Assembly (NCBI GenBank): GCA_020137815.1
Contig: CM035353.1
Span: 8,742,001 to 8,806,000, forward strand
Direction: 5' to 3'
Source: Hormiphora californensis
Taxonomy: Eukaryota > Animalia > Ctenophora
DNA length: 64,000 bases
The translations under genes and the position numbers were made by a program. This document shows positions 11,901 through 23,209 of this stretch, in pieces. A model generated the notes under the pieces. The model saw only the letters and a list, made by a program, of their open reading frames with translations, made no database searches and was not told where the DNA came from. How positions within the stretch are numbered: position 1 is the first letter of the stretch; every line of letters begins with the position of its first letter.

Positions 11901-14704
11901 AGGGCGGGACATGTTGATCTGTTGATGATCTCTGATCGGGCCATGGTACTCATTAGTGGATCATCAGGCTCCTCCTCCTGGTAAAACACATGTTAAATAG
12001 TTTAATTTAATTAGTTACGGAAACATGTAATGTATGATATTTCTATAGCTAACTAAATACTCCAATACTGTTATATGTGCATGTGTACCTGTAAGTTGTT
12101 GAGCCTTTCTGTAGTGTGAAGAGAGGTCATCAGCCTGCTAATTTCACTATCTTCTACAATGGTGTGTTTCCTGTCCCGCTCTGTTGCTCGTAATGGCGGA
12201 GTGCTCGGAGACAACTCAGCCTGGTAGAGGAAACAAATACTAATATTTCATATATTGACTATTCTACAAACATTACTGTTGTTGAAAATGTTGTTGTTAC
12301 CTCTTCCTGCTGTGCAGCAAGTGGTATTTCCCGTTCAGGGGTAGTTCTGATCTCTCCAGTAGTTAACCTCATCTGTGCAGCAGCTAGTAGTGCATCCTCC
12401 GTATCAGGTGACATTTCCTTCTCAAACATCCCTTTAGATGCAGTATCATGTATTGTGTCCTTCAATCCTTCTTCTCCTCTCCCAACCTGAGGGTCAGTTA
12501 TCCCGGGCCCTCTCCCAGCCTGAGGGTCAGTTATCCCGGGCCCTCTCCCAGCCTGAGGGTCAGTTATCCCAGGCCCTCTCCCAGCCTGAGGGTCAGTTAT
12601 CCCGGGCCCTCTCCCAGCCTGAGGGTCAGTTATCCCGGGCCCTCTCCCAGCCTGGGGGTCAGTTATCCTGGGCCCTCTCCCAGCATGAGGGTCAGTTATC
12701 CCGGGCCCTCTCCCAGCCTGAGGGTCAGTTATCCCGGGCCCTCTCCCAGCCTGAGGGTCAGTTATCCTGGGCCCTCTCCCAGCATGAGGGTCAGTTATCC
12801 CGGGCCCTCTCCCAGCCTGAGGGTCAGTTATCCTGGGCCCTCTCCCAGCCTGAGGGTCAGTTATCCTGGGCCCTCTCCCAGCCTGAGGGTCAGTTATCCC
12901 GGGCCCTCTCCCAGCCTGAGGGTCAGTTATCCCGGGCCCTCTCCCAGCCTGAGGGTCAGTTATCCCGGGCCCTCTCCCAGCCTGAGGGTCAGTTATCCCG
13001 GGCCCTCTCCCAGCCTGAGGGTCAGTTATCCCGGGCCCTCTCCCAGCCTGAGGGTCAGTTATCCCGGCCATGAACTGTCGATGTAATTTCTGGCGAGAGG
13101 AAAGGTCTTTGTTCGCATTGTCATACTGAATAGACAGTCGACGGAGCTTCCGCACCGACTCCATAACGTGTGTAAACTCAGAGAGTTCTAATCTAACCTT
13201 GTTGTTGGCTATTTAAGGGTACACCTCGGCGAAATTTTTGTCGAGTGCCCGCTTAGCTCACCATATGGGGTTGTAGGGCATACCCAGGGGACCTCAAATA
13301 TGCAATTTTAGCCCTTAACTCGAATTCATATTTTTGCTATAGCCCCTCAAAGTTGGAAAAAATAGGACCCTAAATCGCGGTTTTTAAGGTCCCTAAATTT
13401 TAATTTCAGGGCTAGGAGGCTGAAATTTTGGGGATTTGTAGAGGATACCAAGGTGTATCAGCCCAAGCGGTGATTTTTGAAATGGTGCTCAAATTTTTGT
13501 CTGAGACCATTTTACATTTTTTCGACTTTGAGGCCATATTTGGACATGTTCCTATGGACCGTTAAGGCTAAAAATCGGATATTTGGTGCTCCTAACAATT
13601 GTCTAAGTAGCCACAAATTTTCAGGAGGTCCGAATTTGAAATGTGGCCTACAGGTTTCTTTTTGTAAAGCACATATTTTAGGAAAACTTAAAATGGCTAT
13701 ATCTCAAAAACGGTAGGTCCTAGCGATCTAATTTTGTGCTAAATCGATTCAGCGGGTCTGATTTTGGGGGGGTCGTCTCTTAGACATTTTACTCTAAGTC
13801 TAACCGTTTTTTCAGAAATCGTATTTTAAGATTTGTACATGTTTAGCAGAAATGCTTCTAGCTAGAGCTAATCTTACCTATTTCTGCTAAACGTGTACAA
13901 ATCTTAAAATACGATTTCTGAAAAAACGGTTAGACTTAGAGTAAAATGTCTAAGAGACGACCCCCCCAAAATCAGACCCGCTGAATCGATTTAGCACAAA
14001 ATTAGATCGCTAGGACCTACCGTTTTTGAGATATAGCCATTTTAAGTTTTCCTAAAATATGTGCTTTACAAAAAGAAACCTGTAGGCCACATTTCAAATT
14101 CGGACCTCCTGAAAATTTGTGGCTACTTAGACAATTGTTAGGAGCACCAAATATCCGATTTTTAGCCTTAACGGTCCATAGGAACATGTCCAAATATGGC
14201 CTCAAAGTCGAAAAAATGTAAAATGGTCTCAGACAAAAATTTGAGCACCATTTCAAAAATCACCGCTTGGGCTGATACACCTTGGTATCCTCTACAAATC
14301 CCCAAAATTTCAGCCTCCTAGCCCTGAAATTAAAATTTAGGGACCTTAAAAACCGCGATTTAGGGTCCCATTTTTTCCAACTTTGAGGGGCTATAGCAAA
14401 AATATGAATTCGAGTTAAGGGCTAAAATTGCATATTTGAGGTCCCCTGGGTATGCCCTACAACCACATATGGTGAGCTAAGCGGGCACTCGACAAAAATT
14501 TCGCCGAGGTGTACCCTTAACACTCCTAAAATATGGAAAAAAGGACACGTGTAAGAAAGGAGGGAAATAAAAACCACAAAAGCTCAATATATGTGTGTAT
14601 GTAGTGCGCCTACAAAAAGGCTCACAAGATATAGTGTGCACAAAGCGGTATTAACAAAGGGAGCTGATTAAAAGTCTCCTACCCGGGGTAACTGTCTGCA
14701 TCAT
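2987..14704 (-). CDS. Multi-exon protein: low-complexity N-terminus + CAP-Gly + IQ motif + KY/Cyk3/Hillarin-type transglutaminase-like domain + KY-like C-terminal region
   Basis: Phase-consistent GT-AG chain. First coding exon 14704-14683 (MMQTVTP) joins the exon starting at 13187. CAP-Gly FKVGDRV..GTVRYVG..GEWCGIECD..SGNDGT..RYFTC..GVFAKP (~9100-8650). IQ LIQRLVRNYRARKK (~8310-8260). Transglutaminase-like core KARAIYRWITENISY..VCAGYANLF..GYSKG..HAWNA..WYLLEITWAAG..FYWLT..HYP..WQLL (7470-6510). Last exon 3103-2987 ends in TAG. N-terminal exon boundaries (10.4-12.3 kb) were checked less rigorously. Confidence 0.8.
3178..5168. mobile_element. Small TIR MITE interrupted by a second element
   Basis: Termini GGTAAGCGGACTCTAGTG / CACTAGAGTCCGCCTACC are inverted repeats with 1 mismatch. 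Confidence 0.6.
3196..4960. mobile_element. Non-autonomous TIR element with poly-G/poly-C ends and an internal ~61-bp tandem array
   Basis: TIR GGGGGGTTCCAACCTATTT / AAATAGGTTGGAACCCCCC; 8-bp TSD CTCTAGTG (3188-3195, 4961-4968); tandem repeat about 3760-4600. Confidence 0.8.
6016..6237. mobile_element. Short MITE in intron
   Basis: Inverted ends CTATAGTCCCTGGAAAATGACTAAGGCGGTTC / GAACCGCCTCAGTCATTTTCCAGGGGCTATAG. Confidence 0.7.
7480..8170. mobile_element. Probable truncated DNA transposon remnant with a piggyBac-like end
   Basis: Ends AAAGGG|TTAA; internal ~40-bp inverted repeat (7628-7668 / 8008-8047); left end not recognisable. Confidence 0.4.
8395..8582. repeat. 34-bp intronic tandem repeat abutting a donor site
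   Basis: Unit CTATAGATCTCCTAAACATTGTGATATCTAGGGA x5, running into the donor at about 8583. Confidence 0.85.
10068..10311 (-). repeat. 61-bp tandem repeat of an exon 3' end plus donor (4 copies)
   Basis: Minus-strand unit GGAAGAGTTAGG...GATGC(A/T)AAGAAAG|GTAAA; the first copy is the in-phase exon end (KEELGTSCSSDSSSDDAKK). Confidence 0.9.
12470..13070 (-). repeat. 33-bp coding minisatellite, (GITDPQAGRGP) x ~18
   Basis: Lies inside the continuous ORF 12259-13164, with unique in-frame coding sequence on both sides. Confidence 0.85.
13217..14516. mobile_element. 1.3-kb foldback non-autonomous DNA transposon with TTAA target site (Kolobok-like)
   Basis: About 637-bp near-perfect inverted arms with a ~26-nt spacer; TTAA|GGGTACAC...GTGTACCC|TTAA. 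A TTAA TSD with purine-purine 5' ends fits Kolobok rather than piggyBac. Confidence 0.85.
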
Positions 14705-15657
14705 CTGTTGCCCGGGGTAACTGTCTGCATCATCTGTTGCCCGGGGTAACTGTCTGCATCATCTGTTGCCCGGGGTAACTGTCTGCATCATCTGTTGCCT
14801 GGGGTAACTGTCTGCATCATCTGTTGCCCGGGGTAACTGTCTGCATCATCTGTTGCCCGGGGTAACTGTCTGCATCATCTGTTGCCCGGGGTAACTGTCT
14901 GCATCATCTGTTGCCCGGGGTAACTGTCTGCATCATCTGTTGCCTGGGGTAACTGTCTGCATCATCTGTTGCCCGGGGTAACTGTCTGCATCATCTGTTG
15001 CCCGGGGTAACTGTCTGCATCATCTGTTGCCCGGGGTAACTGTCTGCATCATCTGTTGCCCGGGGTAACTGTCTGCATCATCTGTTGCCCGGGGTAACTG
15101 TATGCATCATCTGTTGCCCGGGGTAACTGTCTGCATCATCTGTTGCCCGGGGTAACTGTCTGCATCATCTGTTGCCCGGGGTAACTGTCTGCATCAACTG
15201 TTGCCCGGGGTAACTGTCTGCATCATCTGTTGCCTGGGGTAACTGTCTGCATCATCTGTTGCTCGGGGTAACTGTCTGCATCATCTGTTGCCCGGGGTAA
15301 CTGTCTGCATCATCTGTTGCCCGGGGTAACTGTCTGCATCATCTGTTGCCCGGGGTAACTGTATGCATCATCTGTTGCCCGGGGTAACTGTCTGCATCAT
15401 CTGTTGCCCGGGGTAACTGTCTGCATCATCTGTTGCCCGGGGTAACTGTCTGCATCATCTGTTGCCCGGGGTAACTGTCTGCATCATCTGTTGCCCGGGG
15501 TAACTGTCTGCATCATCTGTTGCCCGGGGTAACTGTCTGCATCATCTGTTGCCCGGGGTAACTGTCTGCATCATCTGTTGCCCGGGGTAACTGTCTGCAT
15601 CATCTGTTGCCCGGGGTAACTGTCTGCACTCTGCATCATCTGTTGCCCGGGGTAACT
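14682..15657 (-). repeat. 29-bp minisatellite (~33 copies) containing the acceptor and start-codon mini-exon
   Basis: Minus-strand unit CAACAG ATGATGCAGACAGTTACCCCGG G; only the last copy is followed by GTAGGA. Confidence 0.9.
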
Positions 15658-16669
15658 GATTGCAATACAATTGGACCCCAATTTACCGGAAAACACCAAT
15701 ATTAAACAAGAGCTTTACTTGTTTATATGATATCGAATTTTGAATTGTTCATACTTTCGGACACAGTGTCAAGCGACTCAAATAGAATTGGTACTATAAA
15801 GATGTTGGGGTTAAAATTTGTCAGAGTATTTTCTAAATGGAATTCACGCTTCGATAATAGAAGTCCATGAACGTGAAACCCCACTCATGTCACATGTGCA
15901 TTCACCTAAGTACTGTACATGTTTCAGCCCTCCTCTATAATAGTTGTACTGCAGCAATACCTAATTCAATACTACCTTATCAGGATCAGATGTTTGGATG
16001 CCGCATGGACTCATTATTCAACTGCTCTCGTTGGAGTTGTGATGAGACTACTGTGTCTCGGAAGTGGATCTTAAGTAAGTAATGATTCTACTTTATAGAT
16101 CTCGAGAAACAGTGTCCATTAGTTAGGGGGGGGGGGCGGCTACGAGAGATATTAGCAGATTACCACCGCACAGCAATAATCAGATAATCTTCTTTCCGAT
16201 TATCTACTAATTAAGAGATGGTAGCGGTTAATTTTTTCGCAGATCCATGTCTTAGTGATCTAATAGGTGCCGTGCTAATAGCACAGAACATAGCTGCAGT
16301 ATACCAATTAGGGCCCCTAATTTAGGGGATCATAGTTAATTAGCTGATACACTAATTTTACCGTATCTGTATTCTACAGTAGATTTGTAGCTCACGTTCC
16401 AGTTTATATAGAGGTGTGCTGCTGTAGACTGATGTGCAGTGGTCTCTTAGTACAATTAGTCTTAATTAATCACCAATAATTATATAATATTCTAGATATA
16501 AATATATCTTCATTGTAACTTTTTGCAGCAGTAGAGCCTCAACTACGAGGCATCAACTGGCTCCACTTCGACTGCCTAATGTCATTTATACATGCAGAGA
16601 GGGGTGAAACTATTAGTTAATTAATTAAAGTTAGTTAATTAATTAAAGTTAGTTAATTGCCTGTTTTGA

Positions 16670-16928
16670 CAGCAGGGTAGTGTAATGGCTAATACACTCA
16701 CCTTTTATGAACTAGGTCCAGGTTCGAAGCGAACCTGGTCTAGCACATGTCGTCTAGTCCATCAAGTAAAGCTATGATTGGTAGGGACGTCTACCCGAAA
16801 GTGACACGAGTGCGTATGTTGTGGCATGGGGTAGCGCCCGGCTATGCTGCAGAGTAATCTGCACCGAAATGACCGTGGCTGAAACGCCATTGAAAGGGAT
16901 ATCAGCACCCCCGACACTGGATTTACCC
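16670..16928 (+). mobile_element. Putative tRNA-derived SINE
   Basis: A-box-like TAGTGTAATGG and B-box-like GGTTCGAAGC at tRNA spacing, followed by a ~180-bp non-tRNA body. Confidence 0.5.
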
Positions 16929-17729
16929 TGTCTACCTGCTTTGCTAATTAATTGCCTGTCCTCTATTATCTAAACCCGGCCTGTATTATATAGTTGGGTC
17001 TTCGTGTTGTGTGCTCTGTAACAACAGTGTGTGCTGTAGTTCCAGATCAGCTACGAGTCCTATAACTGCCCTGCACATCACTAGTATATATTGCCCTACT
17101 ATTATACAGCTCTGTATTGGACCATCTGTAGGCCATCTACATATTTTTACTGCGTCCCCTCCTGTGGGGGCCATTATGTGGTCTGTATTTTTCCGTTTGA
17201 ACATATATCAAATGGGCCGTTATTTGTTGAGTTCCCCCTTACTCAACAAGTCGTTATACTATTTGGTACCATTGCTACCTATAGGCCGTTATGATATATA
17301 CTAAAGATATTGGGTCTCTCTATCGTCTAGGCTACTTGAGTATGGAACAAGGAAATAAGGGACTTTATGAAATCCAGTAGAATTGGATGTTGCGCTATAA
17401 AAGCACACCGTCCTCACAAATCCACATCAGTTTAAACCCCAGTAGTACTGCTGCTGTGGACATTCTTTACTAAACTTTTAAAGTCGTTCTTGTATCTCTC
17501 AAACTCTCTATATTTTCCCATCTTCATTGCCAATGAAGACCAATGAATTAGTGGCTCTCTATCATCACGTGTCTGACCGGGTGTGGTTAAAAGAGCTGAC
17601 AACAGAGTTATATCTCTAGCTCCATCTCGCCCTCTCAAATATTGGGGGAGTCTCTCAGCTAGGGATGGGATCCAACCAGATCATCCATTAGCTGTGACAC
17701 GTGTCCGTCAGACGTGTAACACGCTATGT

Positions 17730-17939
17730 GTGCTCCCCTTCTCTCTCTTTTCTCCTCTTTTCCCTTCTCTCCCCTTCTCCCCTTTCCCCTTTCCCTTCCC
17801 CTTTTTCTCTCTCCTTCTCCCTTTTTTCCCTCCTCTCTTTATCGGGCAAGGGGAAAGCGCTTATCAGTTTCCACGTGCATTTCCTTTTTTTTATGAAATT
17901 CTCCCCTCTCCCCTCTCTCTCTCCCCTCTCTTTTTCTCT

Positions 17940-17984
<45 letters not shown>

Positions 17985-19400
17985 CTCCCTCTCTCTCCCT
18001 CGTTTTTGGGGCAAAGCTAAATACCCCCATCATCCTGCGATGTTTGAAAAAACTAAAATTTTCCCACTCCCTTGAATTTTCCCCTTCCCCCGTCTTTTGA
18101 GCCCTTTTCCAAGAGCTGGGGCACGTGCACCCCCCCAGCATCAGGGGAGTGGAAAACAATTGTGCTTTTCCCCCCCTTCTCCCTCCCCTCCCCCCCCTCT
18201 CTTTTCTCCTCTCCCCTCTCTCTTCTTCCCCTCTCTCTCTCTCTCTCTCCTCTCTCTCTCCTCTCTCCTCTTCTCTCTCTCTTTTTTCTTTTCTCTTCTC
18301 TCTCTCTCCTCTCTTCTCTCTCTTTTCTCTCTCTCCCCTCTCTCTCTCTCTTTTTTTTTTTTTTTAAGTGAAAGGGGTTATAAAACCCACTTTCTGTTCG
18401 AGTTTTGGGATATAAAGTTAGCTGCATCCTAGTATGGACTGCTCAATGTTAGCTCGGCAATATGGTTTATCAATTTGACTTGGTCGTTATAAATTTAATT
18501 ATTAAAGTCGTACCTCAATAAACTGCTCATATATACCAGACGCTTTTACCCTTCCCCGGGCAGCCCGGGTTTAAATGGGGGGCCCCGACTGAAATTTTTA
18601 TGCTTTATACTTGCCAAAATTTGTCACGGGAAAAATTAAGGAAAAAAATAACCTTTTTTTATTTTTTAAAAAATTCCTAATAGGAATTCATACGGATGAT
18701 TAAATTTCCTGGACACTAACAATGGATATATAATATTGTCTAAAATGACATCCATTGTAAATATGAAGCTTCCCCCCACCCTGTTTTACCGCACCCCGCC
18801 CCCCGAAAAAAAAAAAATGTAAAGGAGGGGTTTGAAAATAACAAATTATATTTTGTTAAAAATTTTACTGCAAAGTCTTTTCTCGGCCCTTTGGGCCCCC
18901 TGTTGTTGCTTTCCCCCTGTACACTTGTGGGGACGAGAGGAGAGAGAAGGGATGGAAGAGGGGAGAGGGGGAGAGACGAGAGAAAGGGGACGAGGAGGGA
19001 GGAAAGGAGAGGAGAGGAGAGAGAAGAGGAAAAGAGAAGAGAGATGAAGGGGAGAGAGAAAAGATTTTAAGGGGGAGAGAGAAGAAAAGAGAAGATGATT
19101 TGGAGGAGAGGAGAGAGAGGAGAGAGGGGAAGACGAGGGGAGAGAGAAGGAAAAGGGGAGGGGGCCGAGAGAGAGAGAGACCCAGAGAGAGGGGAGGGGA
19201 GGAGAGAGGAGAGGAGGGAGGGAGAGAGAAGAGGGCCGGGGAGAAAGAGAGAGAGAGGGAAAAGAAGAGGGAAGGGACGGGGAGGGGGAGAAAGAAGAAA
19301 GGGGAGAGAAGAGGGGGAGGAGGAGAAGAGGGAGAGAAAGGGAGAGAGGAGAGAGGAAGGGGAGAGGAGAAAAAAAAGGGTTGTTAAAAGGAGAGTAACA
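17730..19400. other. CT/GA low-complexity region with apparently error-rich sequence
   Basis: Degenerate (CT)n/(GA)n tracts and inflated homopolymer runs; the ORFs here are compositional artefacts. Confidence 0.7.
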
Positions 19401-19832
19401 ATGATCCCGGATATATTCTCCCCGTGAAATTCTCTCACGGTATGTCAACACATTTATTGGTAGTAGTTCTGACACGCTTCTGTAAATGTCACTTCGCATG
19501 CCCAGGAGATAGTTCCTACTGTAATTGTAGAAGAGTTCTCACAGAGCAGTGTCACTGACACACACACACACTGTCAGACACCTTCCTGTAGAAAATGAAA
19601 CGCCCATAAACATGATAATATGTATTCGGACCCCTATTTACCACCCCCTTCGATTAACAGGAGGATAACTTCCCCCGATAAATAAAATTAAAGGTATTTA
19701 AATACCTTTGCTTTTATTTATCGGGGGAAGTTATCCTCCCATTAATCGAAGAGGGTGGTAAATACAGGTCAATTGACCCCGATATACCGGGCACCCCGAT
19801 CGCGATTTTCCGGGCAAAACGCCATAATATAT

Positions 19833-20013
19833 ACAGTCGGACCCCGATTTAGTGGCCCCCGATTTAGTGGCACCCCGATTTAATGGCAGGATTTTTTCCC
19901 CGATATAGGAAATTAACAATATTTGACCCCGATTTAGTGGACAGTCATGGACACCCCGATTTAGTGGACAAAACCCTTTCCCCCGAGGATGCCACTAAAT
20001 CGGGGTCCGACTG
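19833..20013. mobile_element. MITE of the CAGTCGGACCCCGATTTA family (TA target, Tc1/mariner-like)
   Basis: TA|CAGTCGGACCCCGATTTAGTGG ... CCACTAAATCGGGGTCCGACTG|TA. Related copies or fragments near 19620, 28270, 49318-49974, 52330-52469, 56270-57476, 57925 and 61633-62491. Confidence 0.85.
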
Positions 20014-20251
20014 TATAACCCTTTCCCATGAGAATCCCGGTAAATTGGACCGGGTGTATTATTATACCAGTATCACTGCACTTAGTCTTCCTTTTGTCAA
20101 CAGTGATAACTGATATCGTTCTTGCGTTATAGTGTCGCTGGCAGTAGTGGAAAGACGGTGTCCAAACACCGTGCGCAGACGCACACTTTACGTAGAGCAC
20201 GGGTAATTAACACATGTTCAGCCTGATCTAGCTGAAAAAGTGTGCTTTAGT

Positions 20252-20847
20252 ACAGGGTGTTCATGTGGGATCTTTAAAAGCGTTTGGCTTCACCCAGAAA
20301 AATAGTGGGCAAGATTAGCTAATATGGAACTTCATACTTGGACTATTCTATTCCCTCATTCAAGGTTCATGGTGTTTCTGGAGCTCTAATACCCTGGAAG
20401 TGGGTTTTCTAAAGTACACCAAGGAATTTTCTTGGGTCTGAGACTTGGCTAAAATGTTTTTAAGACATTTTCTATGTCAAGTTTAGAGTTTCATGATAAT
20501 CGGAGGTGTGGCTCGAAGGTGTGGCTCGAAGACATTTTATTGCCTTTCCAACCACTTTTTGAAATTTTGAGTCCGAAAAACACATCTAATCATCACGAAA
20601 CTTTGGCATTGACATAGAAAATACCCAAAAAACATTTAGATAAGTGGCAGCACCAGCAAAAATTCCTTCTGCCTCTGGTAGTTTTGATTCCAAAAACACA
20701 CTTCCTGGGGTATTAGCGCTCCAGAAACACCAGGAACCTTGAATGAGGGCACAGAATAGTCCAAATGTGAAGTTTCATAAGCTAATCTTGTCAACTTTTG
20801 TTCTGGGTGAAGCCCAACGCTTGTAAAGATCAAACATGAACACCCTG
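20252..20847. mobile_element. Tc1/mariner-like MITE with long imperfect TIRs
   Basis: TA|CAGGGTGTTCATGT ... ACATGAACACCCTG|TA; a truncated relative lies at about 51558-52057. Confidence 0.8.
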
Positions 20848-21105
20848 TACCCGCGTGTGTGTTTGGATACCCTTTCTCCACTACAAGCGACCGTGTCACT
20901 ACCTTAAAACATGTATATCTTAGGCTTGGTGTTATATAAGTATAGATAGTTTTTATCCGGGGTTGGGTTACCGGGATTGTACTGACACTATTCATGCTAT
21001 TGCAGTATCGACACCTATGCCAGTGCATGCAATGATGTCGATAGTGAGTTGAGCACTAACTATTTGTAACCCAATAATTCTCCCATTATAGCTCCCTGCC
21101 TGGTT

Positions 21106-21408
21106 ATGAAGTGTCTGGCTATCTTCCTGGGAGTCCTCCTTGTTCATGTTATGGTGGTTGAGGGTGTACCAATGAGGGACAGTGAAACACTTGATTTTGA
21201 TGAAGTGGAAAACAGCGACAACTTTGGTAACTAATTAAACATAAAAATGTATCATACAATATTAAGTAGCTAATTAAGTAGCTAATCGATATCTCTCTCT
21301 CCCCTAACACGCACCTCTTCCTCAGAAAAGAGAGCAGCAGGTGGGATGAAGTTCAGCAAGTCTGACTACAAGTCTGTTGGAGAGGGCGACAGAAGCTGGA
21401 TGGGGTAA
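21106..21408 (+). CDS. Amidated neuropeptide precursor, copy A (exons 21106-21226, 21326-21408; 67 aa)
   Basis: MKCLAIFLGVLLVHVMVVEG (signal peptide), VPMRDSETLDFDEVENSDNFE (acidic propeptide), KR, AAGGMKFSKSDYKSVGEGDRSWMG*. The phase-1 99-nt GT-AG intron has a CTAAC branch site and a pyrimidine tract; the terminal Gly is an amide donor. Confidence 0.9.
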
Positions 21409-21849
21409 AGGCGGCTGTTGTGCAAGGATATCATTGTAAACTCTGCAGCAGTGTGTTTTCTAGGCTTTACACTTGAATATCGGATGATCATATAGCAACA
21501 TGTAATTGTATGATATATATGGACTGCCAAGTGTTTTTTGAATTTGTGAGTCGGTGGAAGATGCATGAAACTGCTCCATTTATTGTGCTAGAAATGTGAG
21601 ATATGAAGGGTTGTGAGTGATTTTAATTCTTTTAACCCTATTACGTGTGTTGGTGTGTGTATTTGTGCATACGATTACGTGTGTGTGTGCAGTGTGCACT
21701 TTTTAGAGGATCTGCAATACCAGCTTGATATTGTTATACCACGTAATAACTCAGTTTGATCAAAATATCTTGTTTTAGTACCAACTCTCAGTTCAGTGCC
21801 ATGATGGGCAGGGGTAAGTCTACATGGGGAGTTGAGATGGGAGATGAGA

Positions 21850-22690
21850 TGATGTTTATTGAAAAGGGAAAATTTTAAAAATAAATTTTTGTTTTTTGTC
21901 CTTTTTTAAAGGGAAATTTTTTTTTAAAGCCTCTTTCAGAAAAAAAATTGAAAAAAAAAGGTGATTAAACCTAAAAGCAAAACAAAAGGGGTTTTTGGGG
22001 GGTTTTAAAGAAATTTTTCCTTTTAAACCGTTTTGCGTAATTAAAAAAAAAAACCCCACTTGATGTGGTTTTTTGGGGTTTTTTTTTTTGATTTGGGCCC
22101 CAAGGAAAATAAAAAGGGGAAAAATTGTTGAAATTTTTAAGTTTGGTTTTCCAAAACCCAAAATTACGGTTTGGGTTTATTTTCCCCTTTTTTTGTTTGT
22201 TTTTTAATTAAAAAAATTTTTTAATTGGGACAAAATTTCGGGCCCCCCCCAAAAAACTTTTTTTTAAAACCCATTTCATCCCCAGCCTTTTTGAATAAAA
22301 AATTTTTTTTTTAAATGAGGTTTAAAAAAAATTGTAATTTTGCCCCAAAAGGCACCCCCAAAATTAGGGCCCCAAATTATTTAGAGAAATTCCCCAATTT
22401 CAGCTTTAAATTTTTTCAATTTTAAAATGGGGAAAGGGAAAAAAAAACCAATGGACCAAAAAGTCATTGAAAAAAATTTTTGGGACCCCATTTCCCTTTT
22501 CCCCCCAAATTTTCGTTTTAAAAAAAATTTTTGGAGGGCCAAAAAACGTTTTAAAGACATTTTTTAAAAATGAAAAAAAATTGCTTGAGAGCTCAAATTG
22601 CATATTTGAGGTCTCCTTGGCATGGCCTACAACCCTACGGTGAGAGATTTCCCTGCACTCGAAAAAAAATTTTGGTTAGCGTACCCTTAA
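21850..22690. mobile_element. Garbled copy of a TTAA-ending (Kolobok-like) element
   Basis: The last ~100 bp (AAATTGCATATTTGAGGTC...GTACCCTTAA) resemble the end of the 13217-14516 element; the upstream part is homopolymer-corrupted. Confidence 0.55.
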
Positions 22691-22893
22691 ATCATGTATA
22701 TCTTAGGCTTGGTGTTATATAAGTATAGATAGTTTTTATCCGGGGTTGGGTTACCGGGATTGTACTGGTTAGGTACTATTCATGCTATTGCATTATCGAC
22801 ACCTATGCCAGTGCATGCAATGATGTCGATAGTGAGTTGAGCACTAACTATTTGTAACCCAATAATTCTCCCATTATAGCTCCCTGCCTGGTT

Positions 22894-23209
22894 ATGAAGT
22901 GTCTGGCTATCTTCCTGGGAGTCCTCCTTGTTCATGTTATGGTGGTTGAGGGTGTACCAATGAGGGACAGTGAAACACTTGATTTTGATGAAGTGGAAAA
23001 CAGCGACAACTTTGGTAACTAATTAAACATAAAAATGTATCATACAATATTAAGTAGCTAATTAAGTAGCTAATCGATATCTCTCTCTCCCCCACTATTC
23101 ACCACTAACACGCACCTCTTCCTCAGAAAAGAGAGCAGCAGGTGGGATGAAGTTCAGCAAGTCTGACTACAAGTCTGTTGGAGAGGGCGACAGAAGCTGG
23201 ATGGGGTAA
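22894..23209 (+). CDS. Amidated neuropeptide precursor, copy B (exons 22894-23014, 23127-23209)
   Basis: Coding sequence identical to copy A; intron is 112 nt (13 nt longer). Part of a ~0.9-kb duplicated block (about 20910-21810 vs 22692-23612). Confidence 0.85.

Noticed and set aside
13477-14256. Identical 79-aa ORFs on opposite strands
   Set aside because: A consequence of the palindromic transposon arms; no transposase or other motifs.
17583-19499. Many overlapping 80-217-aa ORFs rich in S/L/P or R/E/G
   Set aside because: Translations of degenerate CT/GA tracts in error-rich sequence.
15980-20230. Possible exons of another gene (e.g. minus-strand 17432-17658, ~19390-19520, ~20067-20200; plus-strand candidates near 15983 and 16530)
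   Set aside because: Some look coding, but I could not build a phase-consistent chain or recognise a domain, and the garbled region interrupts them; left uncalled.
21366-21566. 66-aa minus-strand ORF duplicated at 23167-23367
   Set aside because: Antisense to the neuropeptide exon 2 and 3' UTR; duplicated only because the block is duplicated.
1273-23209. GPCR and neuropeptide precursor within 20 kb as a ligand-receptor pair
   Set aside because: Proximity alone is not evidence; class A GPCR genes are numerous and nothing in the sequence links the two.
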